Both the position numbers and the translations under genes were made by a program. The notes below the pieces were generated by a model. The model saw nothing but the letters and a program-made list of their open reading frames with translations, did no database searches and was not told the origin of the DNA. This document shows, in pieces, positions 51,790-64,000 of a stretch of DNA of 64,000 nucleotides. How positions within the stretch are numbered: the stretch's first letter is position 1; every line of letters starts with the position of its first letter. The DNA is taken from positions 31,496,001-31,560,000 of the forward strand of contig JBHGNT010000001.1 of NCBI GenBank assembly GCA_043228905.1. Reading direction: 5' to 3'. This DNA is from Azolla caroliniana (taxonomy: Eukaryota; Plantae; Polypodiophyta).

Positions 51790-52480
51790 AACATTCCCTC
51801 CAAGCACACATTTATGTCATGAAGTCCTAACTTTCTTCAACACATTGTGGCTTCAACATATCTCACAACCACAAGTGCATGCTGCTTAGATGCTTGCATA
51901 AATTTACTGCCTATACTAACAACATGCAATATTTAGTCTTGAAATGATAAGGTAAACAATTTTCCTACTATTTGCCGATATATGCATCTTCAATTATGAG
52001 TACTTTTTCTACCCAAGATTTTTTCCTTAGGTCATTTAACTAGTTTCGAATCATACATATATAATTATTTTGACCTTTATGACATAAACCTTCTTTGACA
52101 TAGTATAAAACCATCAAGATATTTCATGACTTTAAACCAAGAAAACACCGTAACTCTCCTAAATCTTTCATTTCAAACTCACATGTCCATTTCTTCTTAA
52201 CATTGGTCAACTAACGTTCATTTGTGATTATAAGATTCTTCAGCACCTCCTCTATTTCAGTAGCTTCCACTAGTCTCTTTTACACAATTAACATGGTGAA
52301 TTCATCATCTTTCTCAACAATATCCCAAAGATCTAATTAGTGGAGATATAGTTCAATTACAAAGGATAATTATATTCCCCAAACTACTCTACTTTTGCCA
52401 CTTGTATTGTCATCTTCCAAAGTCACTTACACCTCAATACAATGAGTTTCAATAACTTTATTAGACAATAGTTTTAATTT
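51790..52480 (-). mobile_element. Decayed Copia reverse-transcriptase relic
   Basis: Minus strand gives EFEMKDLGELRCFLG (about 52180-52136), IYRQIVGKL and SKFMQA; PPT-like ttggagggaaTGTTAG near 51805-51788. Confidence 0.75.
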
Positions 52481-54849
52481 ACAACAAATGTTGTTTCAAA
52501 TCAAAATTCAAATAAAATATTTTACAATATGTTTTGTTGACCAAACTTAGTAGCAGATCTTTAAGAGAAGATAATAAATGGCTTAGACTATTGATTTGCT
52601 TCCAGGACTAGGTTACGTAGAAATCTTTGAGAGTGTCATTTCTTCATCTTTATTCTTTTGACACCACCAGCACACAATTGATCTATTATAACAATTTTTT
52701 TTGAACCCTAATGTTTTACAAATATGACAATACCAAAGGATCCAATAAAAAATTCTCTATAGCTAGCTAGATAGTGTTAATGTAATTTTCACCATCCTCA
52801 CTTTTCATGGGACTTCTTTGGGGTGCTCATAAAAACAACATTTTCCCCAAACATTTGGTATTTAGGATATTGGTTTGAATGACATTTAACTTATTGGGGG
52901 ATATATTTGCAAGTTTGGGTGATAAGAAATATATATATATATATATATTAACGTCTTCTAAGACCAAAATTGCCCCATAAGACAATTGGTTTACAACAAA
53001 AATGGGGTATTTATCCATTCATCGAAAGTAAAAATAAAATATAAGAGGAACACTTCAAAAGTTGGTCAATCTTGGAGTGCATCAATTTGTTAAATTTGAT
53101 TTCCTTTGGCATTGCTCATATGTTTGTGATTGTTATTGCAATTTATGCAACATGGGGATAGAGATATTGGATGGGGATGAGCTGCAATCATCTCACTGTA
53201 AGAGTTCAGTAAATATTGAGTGGGAAAGGATACGATCTTAGATTTCTTATTCACAGTTATTTTATTCCCTAAAATAGTCGCTCTTGATGATGCCAACAAG
53301 TGTTACTAGTTATCATAATTGCTATTAATATATTTGCATGTGTTTGTTTCTATTCATTATGGTACATTGGGTTTTTGCATGTGTGCATGTCAACACATTT
53401 TGTACACATGTGGTCGGATTGTTACCCATGGTAAAAACACAGTTTTGATTATTCATATAGCATAAGTCACCATTGTATTACAACAAGCAAACTCTTTAGT
53501 AAGTTTCCTTCGTAGATAGTAAACATCTAAATCATTTGTACTAATGTAACCATTACTAAGTTAAACCCATCCATTTAGTAAATACATATTTAAACATTCA
53601 AATTAAGATTTGTGACTCTATTCTAGAGTTGTTATTAATGAAAGAATTGTCGATGTCCAGGTAAAGGGACAAAATATTTGATAGGTAGACATTTGTTACC
53701 TTTGACGAAACCTTTAAACAACAAAACCGATATAAATCAATATTGTCCTCATCTATGAAGATTCAAATCTAATATCAATGTGTATGTGGTGGATGTTTAA
53801 CATGTGTTTTAAACCTTGAAAGGATAATTAAAGAGACCATCAAGATGCAAGCCTTCCCAATTACTTAAGCATGGTCTTTTCCTTAAAACCTTCCAAAAGT
53901 TTTGAGTTAATGAATTTTTTTAGAGATAAAGTTTGGTCTATATCATTTACAAGTTGCATGATAATCTTAGAGGAGGAATGTAAACCAAAGTCCTTACTAA
54001 TTGAAGCTAATGATCACAAGTTATAGAGAAAAGATGGAGAAGAAACAAACACTATAAATCACTATTATAAAGAGAATACGAACTCCTTAGACTCTAGATA
54101 AGTCCACACATTAAAGTGTTTTAGTCACTAATAAGAATAATAATCACTCCCCCTTCCTTTTACTAAGACTCTTCTAAACTCATCTTTCTTTCTCTAAGAA
54201 TCCCCATCCTCAATCCTTTCTATTCATCATTTCTCTCTCCTATTTTGTTATGTACACATAACGTACGTGAGGGTAGGTCATTAATATTTATAAGTGAAGG
54301 GTATGTTCCCTAATGTGATTGGATAGGAAGAATGATAGGTGCATGCACTATCATGGTCTTGACAACCAATTAATGGAGAGTCTTTTAGAAAGGCACATTT
54401 ATTCAAGGAGCCTAGGACGAGTTATAAATATGGGGTTTAGCTACCCTCATAAGAACATTACGTCGAAACGTTGTTGTCTTAGACACCGGTGGTGCGGGTT
54501 AGTCATCCTAATATCCAGCGGTATGGGACATCGGTGGTAGGGGGGGCATTTACGATTTTTACAAAATATCCACGTATAGACCTAGTTCTCCTCTTTGACA
54601 CCACTTATGTTGTTATTATTATTTCTATTTTGTAGCTCTCATTTTGACATCCAAAATATCGTTCAAAAGTACATGTTGACTTTTTAACAAAAAATATTAT
54701 CTATTAAGAAAACATATCCTTCCATTAGTTTTAAAAAACATATCAGCTACAAAATACAAAATGATGGAAATGAAGTGATTATCCTTCCCAACCCCTCTTG
54801 TGTAAGACAATAGCTAGCCATGAATCCTTCGTTTAATAGACTTGATTGA

Positions 54850-55725
54850 ACACTTCCTCAATAGTTGAAACATACCATGAATTTGGATATGTTCAAACCA
54901 AATCAATCTTCCTCATCATGTTCATATTCAACATATCCAAATACCACCTTTGGGTCATCACGTGCATCCAATATACCACCACATTTACAATGACCAAGCA
55001 TCCTTTATTTTCCATATTCAACGTAAAACTCAAGCAAAGCATAATGGTATAGAGGTCATTTTGTATGCCTCGATCCATGATTCCAACATGTATGAACATG
55101 CCATCATGTAAAGCCATGTGATCAATACCCACCTTAAGGAATCTCAACCCATCGAACAATTTATATGCATATGATAAACTTCCACATGTTGCATACAAAT
55201 CAATAGTGCTTCTAATGAGCATATTCAAGTTTATACCTAGCTGAGCAATGGCAATATGGATTTCTTTTCCTTTCTTTTAACTCTGATGTGCTCGAACATG
55301 AAAATCACATCTTGAATGCAAGATTTGAAGAACAATGACACCATCCATCACATAAGAAGAAACAGACTTATTCCGAATGAATACATAAGAGCATCCCCCC
55401 CCCCCCCCCAACTTGTTTCAATGACGCCATCCATCTCATAAGAAGAAATGGGACTCTGCATACATATCATTTAGCATATTAGTGATCACAAGATCATGTT
55501 TCAAACCCTTTTCCTTTCTTTTAACTCAGATGTGTTCGAACATGAAAATCACATCTTGAATGCAAGATTTGAAGAACAATGACACCATCCATAACATAAG
55601 AAGAAACAGACTTCTTCCGAATGCATACATAAGAGCATCCCTCCCCCCACTTGTTTTAATGACTCCATCCATCTCATAAGAAGAAATGGGATTCTGCATA
55701 CATATCATTTAGCATATTAGTGATT
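54850..55725 (-). pseudogene. PPR pseudogene relic containing a 244-bp-period duplication
   Basis: STIDLYATCGSLSYAYKLFDGL; block ttttcctttcttttaactc...catattagtgat repeated at 55265 and 55509. Confidence 0.65.
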
Positions 55726-57869
55726 TAACAAATCTTTTCTTGCTCAAATATGGAGTTGGGATGAAGAAGTTATAGCGTTTTCCACAATCTTCTTATTCAC
55801 TTCATTGACTTGCATTTTTTCTACTTTCTAACGTTTGGAAAAATGTCTTTATGTTTATACATTTGAATTTCTTATTATCTCGATAGTGATGATGATTGAA
55901 TCTTTTATCCTTGAGTGTTCTAGTGTCCAACGTATTTGCAACAATCATTTTTTAGGAAGAAAAATTGGCATATCATTCAATAAGACATTTCTTTTATCAA
56001 TACCAAAGTAAACTCAACCTTCAATGAAGATAAGAATTTATTTATTAACATTTTTAGTAAACATGTCAACATTTCAAAGTGAAGGATGGCCTAAAGGTAC
56101 TCTAGTTAGAAATAAATTTTATTACTATACATGGTCATTGATTAGAAATGGAAAGAATCATTCCTCACTTACAAGGAAACTAATCGTTTTTCAAACTAAT
56201 GTAAATGGATAGGTCCCCTTTACACCTAACCTTAATCCTACTTCAATTATGAATATCATCTAAATTTATTGTGGCAAATATGTAAGGAAACACAATTGTA
56301 AACACTTTATATATTAATATTTTGAGGATATGAGGATACATAATTATCACAATTTTGAGGATATTTTGAGGACTTAAAAGTAAATGAGAAAAAATTATTT
56401 CAATCTATGCATGCCCCACGTGGCATTAAATGGATTTGGGAAAGCTTTAATCGAAGCCTAAACTACAAAATTGGTCAGTATGTTACATCATGACCTTACC
56501 ATGATGCGAATAAAGATATTGTATGCACGTTTCTTAAGAACCAAACTTTTTAGCACTCTCACTTTTGTTTCTTGTTTTTAATACAATTATTGTTGCAATG
56601 GAACACAACTTCCTTTTCAAGCATGAAAATGAGCTGATATATACATGTGTGTAGGACAATTTACAAAGTGAATATACATGTGATGATGTGTGTGAGAGAG
56701 GCATTTAAAGGAAAATCTAAGTAAAACTCCTAGCTTGCGTCGGAGTAATGATTAAATTGACAAAATTATCACTTCAATATCTTTATACTTTATTCAATTG
56801 AAAATTGTTTTGCCATTAAACTTTGAAATTCTTTGGAAAAATTATATGAGAACTAGTAATATTTGGCTTATCAACATTTAGCATGTCATGATCATTACTA
56901 CTTCTATATTAACATTGGCTTGTGAGAACGCCAGGAATAATAGTTTCACATTGTAATATAATATACATATATGATTCTTCTAATGACCTTAGGTTTTGGT
57001 CTTGCATAGAATGTTAAAATCCTTATGGGTACCATAATGTCAGTGTGAATCGTGGAGGTCATCGTAATTTATGTTCAATATTTCATTATATCCATGAAGT
57101 GCATATCAATGAAACTTTGGTATTACTACATCTTGAGTACAACGGCACAATTAGAGTTGACAAACTATGATTATGATGTTGCATACTTCATGGAATTCTT
57201 GTAGAAGTGACTGTCATTTGTGTAAACATGACACATCTCTTGGTCACACATGACTTGCAAAGTAACTTCTCATGTTTCATGAAGATGCAATGCATGTGGA
57301 GGACCATATCTGTAGCATTCATGGCTTTAATTCTTGTATCTTAATTCAATATGTAAACTCAAAGACTTGTAGAATATTGTTATTTTATCACTGATCTACT
57401 TATCACAATTATGTAATTATCACATTAAAAAATACTCGCACATGAGATGTAGTTTGTTTCAACCCATTTTGCTTTTTCCTCGAATGGTACATGTTCATAC
57501 AATAATATAGTTTTTTCACTTCCATGTAGTAACTAAAGTAACCATAATTCAACCACACATGGGGCATTTTGAATGTGCACACATCACCTACTTAATCTAT
57601 GTTGGTCTCTTACTCAATGAAGTCTATATTCAATTGATATGTGTGAAAAAGACCATGCGCTTAAAAAAGGAAATGATTGGCATGATGCTAGACCTCAAAA
57701 ATATGCCCCAGCCAGCCTTTTGGATCATCACATACCTTCTATATCCATTAGATCATGGGGCGAATGCTATCTTTTTTTCTTTTGTTTTTTTCCATAAAAA
57801 ATATCCTCCATTGGTATTAAAATTAAAGGAAACAATATACATATATTGTCTTGCATCTGTTCAAAACTA

Positions 57870-58345
57870 ATACAACACCTCCTCTACATATCCATAGTCT
57901 CTATAGCCTCTTTTGAGTGCATTCCATGAGATGATATTTGAAACCATAATTTTGCTAAATGTTTTCTGCATAGTTTCTACGTTTCAAGCATATCTCAAAC
58001 TTAAACTAGACCATTCAAAAAGACTTCTTGTGGCAAATACTTGTTAAGCTTCAACCATACTTCTCAATAAGGGCACTTGTTTCTGTGACCTCCATGTTTT
58101 GTGAGGACATTTGAACATGGAAGTTGTTCCCTTTCTATATATCTCCCATGTTGCCACATGCTTTCAACATACCAGAAAATGTAATCATATTAAACCCCTC
58201 CATTTGCAAATGGTCAACAAAATTAAGAGTTTCTTCACAAAACCCAATTCCACATTACCTTGATATTGCATAAACTGAACATAATTCAATGATTCTTTAT
58301 CTTGGCCATTCTCTACATATCCTCTTGTGCTTTTGCAAGGAAACA
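57870..58345 (-). pseudogene. PPR pseudogene relic
   Basis: Minus strand gives GYVENGQDKESLNYVQFMQ and GMLKACGNMGDI*KGNNFHVQM, interrupted by stops. Confidence 0.6.
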
Positions 58346-59899
58346 AAATAATATGGATAGTATCCGGGGCGAATGCTATCTTTCCACATCAACGGTCTTT
58401 ACATACCATTGTCAAGCATGTGATATCTACACACATTATGCTTGTATGTAAAGCCTTAGGGCATAGTATCTTTTTTTGGAAAAAAAATTTAAAAAAATGA
58501 TGATCATAATCATTCATATGGCTCATCAATACTTCATTTTGGATGAATTTAAAACAATTAGATTGGACTCAATATGTGTAGGGCCATGCGAGAATGCAAA
58601 CCATGATGTTTTTATGTTTCTTCACAAGAGCAATTTGAAAGTAAACAAGATTCAAGAAGGTTGAGGAGATACAATGTCGTGAACCTTGAACGCATATTCA
58701 CAAGGGATACAATTAATACAAAAATAAAAAAGACTTAGTGAAGCCAAGAGAATACACTTTGTGAGCCTAGAACACATTTCAATTTATTTAACTATTAGAA
58801 CCACAAGTAAATAGAGGTTGAAGGGGTCCAATAGAGAGGTTATTGTTTGACCTTAATTACTTTGCTTATGTGAAACTCATGACAACATTAATTTTACATA
58901 TAATATATAATTAAGAATAAATATGTAGTACAATGTTGAAGATAGACATGGGAAACTCTCTAGTATGCATATAATATAGAACGAGGGAGACAATCCTCCT
59001 TTCATGTTTAGGTATATTTGTTGAACTTCGTCCCATGAGTTTGTTACAAACCAAGGGACAATTAACATGTTGACATATGCATGTGAATAGAACCAAATAT
59101 TCATTTTTCAATGTCTATCGTGTACCAATATCATAACAAAAGTGGTGCAAAATATGGATGCACATTAGCAATATATGGTTGCCCCGTCATTGCCCGAGTG
59201 ATGATCAATAAGGGTGGCAAACTTAAATATAGCAATAAATAAATTTAGTTACCACATCAACATCCATCAAAGACCAATATAAACAATGCACAAGTTTATG
59301 ATCGATGTCCATTATGAGCCTAAGACAGTAATAAGAGAACATGTGGGTGATCATTGATTGGCGTCAACGACCTATAAATAGCACCAAACATGCATTGAAC
59401 CTCTCAATATCCATCATGTACCAATAAGACAACCAAGTTGGTGCAAAAAATTGCCCCATCTCACGTTGAAGAGAATATGCGCTAAGTTCTATGGAAGTAG
59501 TGGTGTGAATGGTGGACAAAGAGACAAGCTCTAGTATTTAGCAATGAGTGCAATTTTCCCATAAAGGGAAGAAGATGGTTTTGTAGCTTGGTGCGTCATA
59601 TATAATATAATATGTGAAATGTGAGCCTCCACATTTTGTCCGAGTTATGTTACAAAAAAACCTTATCCACCAACGAATCTAAGGATGCAACGTGAAGCAA
59701 ATGTGATCTATCCAATTTTCCAAACCACTTCATATCTTTCATCCATCTAAAATCCAAAAGTTTATTTTTATGTTTCTTGAATCGTTTTACTTGCATCCCT
59801 TGTTATTCTAGGACGTCTTTGGAGGTTAAATATGAGCTACCAAACTAAAAAACATAATGTAAAGGCATCTCCAAAGTCAATGGTGGGCTTTAACATATA

Positions 59900-61350
59900 G
59901 TCATGCTCCAAAGGAGTATCTATTGTAACCTCAAAAATTTATGAACTTCAACCAATTGAGAAACTCTTGCACCAAATCAAGGCAACCCTTGAGATTTTCC
60001 AACTTACTTCAACGGTGAACAATTTCTCCACAAACAATATTTACCAACTCCCCCATGGTAGATGTAAAGATTAATCTCTCTTAAGTGTTGCTTTTGAAAT
60101 GTAGACAAAGGCCCTTAAATAAAATGATGAACCTTAATCGACCCCATACTATCTCATCAAACAAAGCAAAACTAGCACTACCAGTGCTACAAGAGGAAAG
60201 TTCTAATTATATCTACGTGAACTCAAAAATTCATGATTATTATGAGTTGCAAACCTTAGTGTCCCCTCCAAAGTCTTAGGATCTTCCACAAATCAAATAT
60301 ATCATTCACATAATCTAAATGACCACTTTCAAAATAATCACAAAGACCAATATTACCCCATCCACTATTTATTGCAATTTTACAATATTTTAAAGCATAA
60401 GTAGAACCTAGACAAGAACCTTCTTTGTTATTATCAAGTCTTAGAACTACATATTGAGCAATGACGTTCAATATTCACTACACATGTTTCCAATTTTGAG
60501 TTGTAAATATCAAAAAAAACTTGTAGCTTCGGAGATTTTTTTGAGCTACAACACAAAGCAACTCAAAATTGTTTGTGTGAAGAGAACCACCTAGGCATGA
60601 TTTGTTGGATATGATGGAGGGTGGAGCTAGATAATCAATCAAATTTTATTTACAAACATCTTAAGCATAATTAATCAAATTTCTCAAACAAATTGAACTT
60701 AGGCCCTCATAGTCCCACTTTGGAACGCAATGCAGATGTATGAGAGGCTACTCATGTCGCAAGTACTTAAACATTTGCTTTCAACTACTTACATACTAAA
60801 GCAAGTTGGTGAACTTGTTGCATCAAAGATGTCATGACCTCCTTACTTCTTGTCACTTGTAACCTCTAAAATGGCACTTGCCATGTAAAATTTACATGGC
60901 AATATTGAATATTTCCATTTAGATTTACATTATAAATCATAGAGTTTGAGTGGAAATACTCATCCAATTTTTGACACTTTACGAAAGATAAATTAGCATA
61001 AGTTTGGCATTTATGAGTGTTGGCATACGGTATACCTATGAACAACATACTTTACAAAAGAAAATGCTAATGTGAAAAACGTTACTAGTGTTGACACCAC
61101 AAAGACAACTATCACAGAGTTTTACATGTCAACAATATGTGCACAACATTATATTGGAAAAAGTAATTGGATCGATGACATGAAAAAGTGAGTTGCCATA
61201 ACATCCAGATACATTTGAATGTCTATGGATGACTTCCTTGAAGTGGAGGCCCAACATTTTCCACTTAGTCGAGAGGAAACTCAAAGCTACAATGCCTTGT
61301 GTTTTCATTGCTTCAAACAATGCATCATGTTGAAAATGATAGCAATTCAT
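59900..61350 (-). mobile_element. Very decayed Copia pol-like relic
   Basis: Only faint traces: a TWELV-like segment near 60050 and a DNGGEY-like segment near 60360. Confidence 0.25.
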
Positions 61351-63543
61351 AAATGAATTTTTAAGATCACTTGATATGAAAATGGGAAGAAATTTAGATG
61401 GTTTTGTAATATTTTACTCCCATTTTCTAGCTACCAACCACCCTACACATGCAAAAAAAATCAAAATTCAATGGTATTATAATTGCCCATTTTCTTCATG
61501 CCATCATAAGATTGGAATCATTATATAAATTTTCTTAATTTGGCATATTCATGCAAATGAAATAAACACATGCTTTGAAATGTCCATCGTCTTGCCTTAC
61601 AATGTCACCTTATGAATAAAACAAATAAATATGACCTGTGTGGGTGACCTTGTGGGGTTCTCAATCCACAAGTGCACAACCTCTCGTCGCACATGTTAGT
61701 TGTTAGCAAGAAACTTTGTCTACCCATAATATTGTCACCTTATTTAAAATAGATGTTTTGTTAGAGGCCAATGTAAAAAAAACTTGTAGAAGAATATATT
61801 GATCCTACTTTCTAATCATGTAAAAACAACGAGGAAACGTTTGTCAAAAAATCATATAATGATTTGACATCATCGTGAATCAACATAAGTACATGGACTT
61901 AGTATGAAAATGCCATACCAAGATAAACTCTAAAAAACCATGTGTGGTAGATAAATATCCCCTTCTCTTATTAAATATGGTTAAAAAAAATCTCAAATGT
62001 GAGGCTTTGATTTCTTAATGACTGCTAAATTTATCATCCCTCCTACATTAACAAATTTAGGAATACATATAAATTTGAAGCTTGAATTGGTTGAAATTCG
62101 CAACCTCGGGAAAAGGATCATTTTCACTACAAGGGAGTTAGTTTATTTTCAAAATATATAGGTTGAGATTTATGAAATTACAATTGATACTTTTTTTACT
62201 TTCAAAAAGTAAACAAAGTTCTTTCACGAACTAAGAATTCTTAATTCTAACTGGCATAAGTCTTCTATGTATTTGAGCATTATACGTCTTTTATTTAATG
62301 TTATCTAAAACTTCAAACCCTACTTAGCTAGTGATTGGTTGTTTTTTCAAACTTTCATGACTTTCATTAGGAAATGCGCATGAAAATCGTGATATGTTAT
62401 CACGACATTAGAAAATGGTACTGAAAAAGGAGGTTTTTAGTGGGGACCTAGCATCAGTCCAAAAGACTAATTAAAGATCAAATTTTCATAGGAGAATTAC
62501 TACTATGCTTTATTTCCATTCGAAATATTCTATCACTATATTGCTAAAATACTACAAGGGATTAAAGAACAAATGGCAACTTTGTAGTGGTGATTCCCAT
62601 CTCATTGTTTGCTTATACTTGAAAGTGAGGACAAAGGTATGTGAATGAATTGTGGAGAGAAATGTTTGCTAGTTTTTGTGGAGAGAAATGACAAAATGGA
62701 ATGGCAATATATACCCCCGTGATGGTTGTTCCCTCCATAGGTGGAGGTTCATTTCAATTTTGACATAAGGGGGGATATCCGCCACTAAAATGTACCATTA
62801 TAGGTTTGTATTTGCTTATTGCATTGGTAATGGAAACTATGGTGTAGTTTATGTTAAAAATAGGTATGCGAATGAATTGATGGAAGGCAACTTTAAAGTG
62901 GCAATGCACAAACATCTAATTATTTCCTAATTATATTAAGAATGGCCTCTCTTTAATTCCTTGAATTATTGGAAAAATAAAAATTATCCTTTGGGTGGGT
63001 TGGCAAAGGTGCGTTAATATGATAGATTCAGGTGTACATTTAAAATCCTTTAAATTGAATGCACGTGGTATGCTTAAAAATCAATGCAACATCTCAACTT
63101 CTAAATTATTTGAGTGTCCTACCTCCACTTGAGGAGAGCTCCTCTCCCATACAAAACATTAATCAAGGTTCAATTCTATAACAACAAATGATGTTGCATT
63201 TCCAGATACTTGACCTTCACACATAACCGACATATTTAACAATGTTTTAGTGACATAGCCACTCTATAACTAGAACCATTGTAAATTTGTATTTTGTATG
63301 TTTATTCTACAAAGACACACAATATATGTCAAAGTTTACCAAGTGACTCATACATTGTACTTGTAGTTTGTTGGTTTATACCTAGTATTCATCGATATCT
63401 AGGCATATATCAAACACGGGATTACATTCAAATAATAAAAGTTTGGGATCGTTTATGCGTTATATTCAATGTGGATAGTTAGATTATAGATAATGTCGCA
63501 ATATTATACATCATATTGGCCACATTAAAGTTCATGTTAGCAC

Positions 63544-63544
<1 letters not shown>

Positions 63545-63582
<38 letters not shown>
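63545..63582. repeat. (TG)19 microsatellite
   Basis: Direct reading. Confidence 0.95.
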
Positions 63583-63587
<5 letters not shown>

Positions 63588-64000
63588 AATGCATATATAA
63601 TAATATAAGGAAAATTGGCACCAAGTCAAACCCGCATGTTGCAACATGTTCTCAATGAAGACCTCAAATGATAGTGTAGTCGTGCATGTGCTAGCCACCA
63701 CAACAACATAAAAGGAAGATTAACTTTCATGGCCACGAGCTATAACTTGGACATATCATTATAATATGACAATAACGGTAGGTCCACACAACGTCAAATT
63801 TATAGTGTCTAACATGCATACATGGTCATGAACTGATCAATATTGGAAAAGCTCAATATAACCATACATAATTCACAAGCTCCCATAATTAAGACACATG
63901 TTGCCAGTATTTCTTAACAACAAAGTTACTAACTAACCTCCACATGCATCACCTTCATGAAAGTGGTCACTCATGAGTCATGTGGCACAGCCAAGGCACT

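Overview
AT-rich nuclear DNA from a land plant. A fern or other seed-free plant is inferred from the style of the PPR remnants, the long (GA)n leaders and the gene content; this is not established. Most ORF-track entries are spurious because the real genes are spliced. Genes reconstructed by hand: an NT-C2 (EEIG1/EHBP1) domain gene on the minus strand running to the left edge, an orphan ACT-like domain exon pair (bHLH C-terminal type), tRNA-Glu(UUC), an atypical RALF peptide gene, a four-exon 109-aa gene, a UBA2-type two-RRM gene with a probable 3'UTR intron, and a 12-exon MATH/TRAF (TRAF1a/b, MUSE13/14-like) gene with a GC-AG intron. The 109-aa gene is invisible to the ORF track and its helix resembles animal SNAPC5/SNAP19; it is the most interesting item. 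Mobile and repetitive DNA: a Mutator-type MITE with a perfect 9-bp TSD, a 279-bp tandem array, a 1.9-kb TRIM-like element with a tRNA-Ala-type PBS, an internally deleted Copia, several Copia and PPR relics, and microsatellites. All homology calls come from remembered motifs, not database searches.
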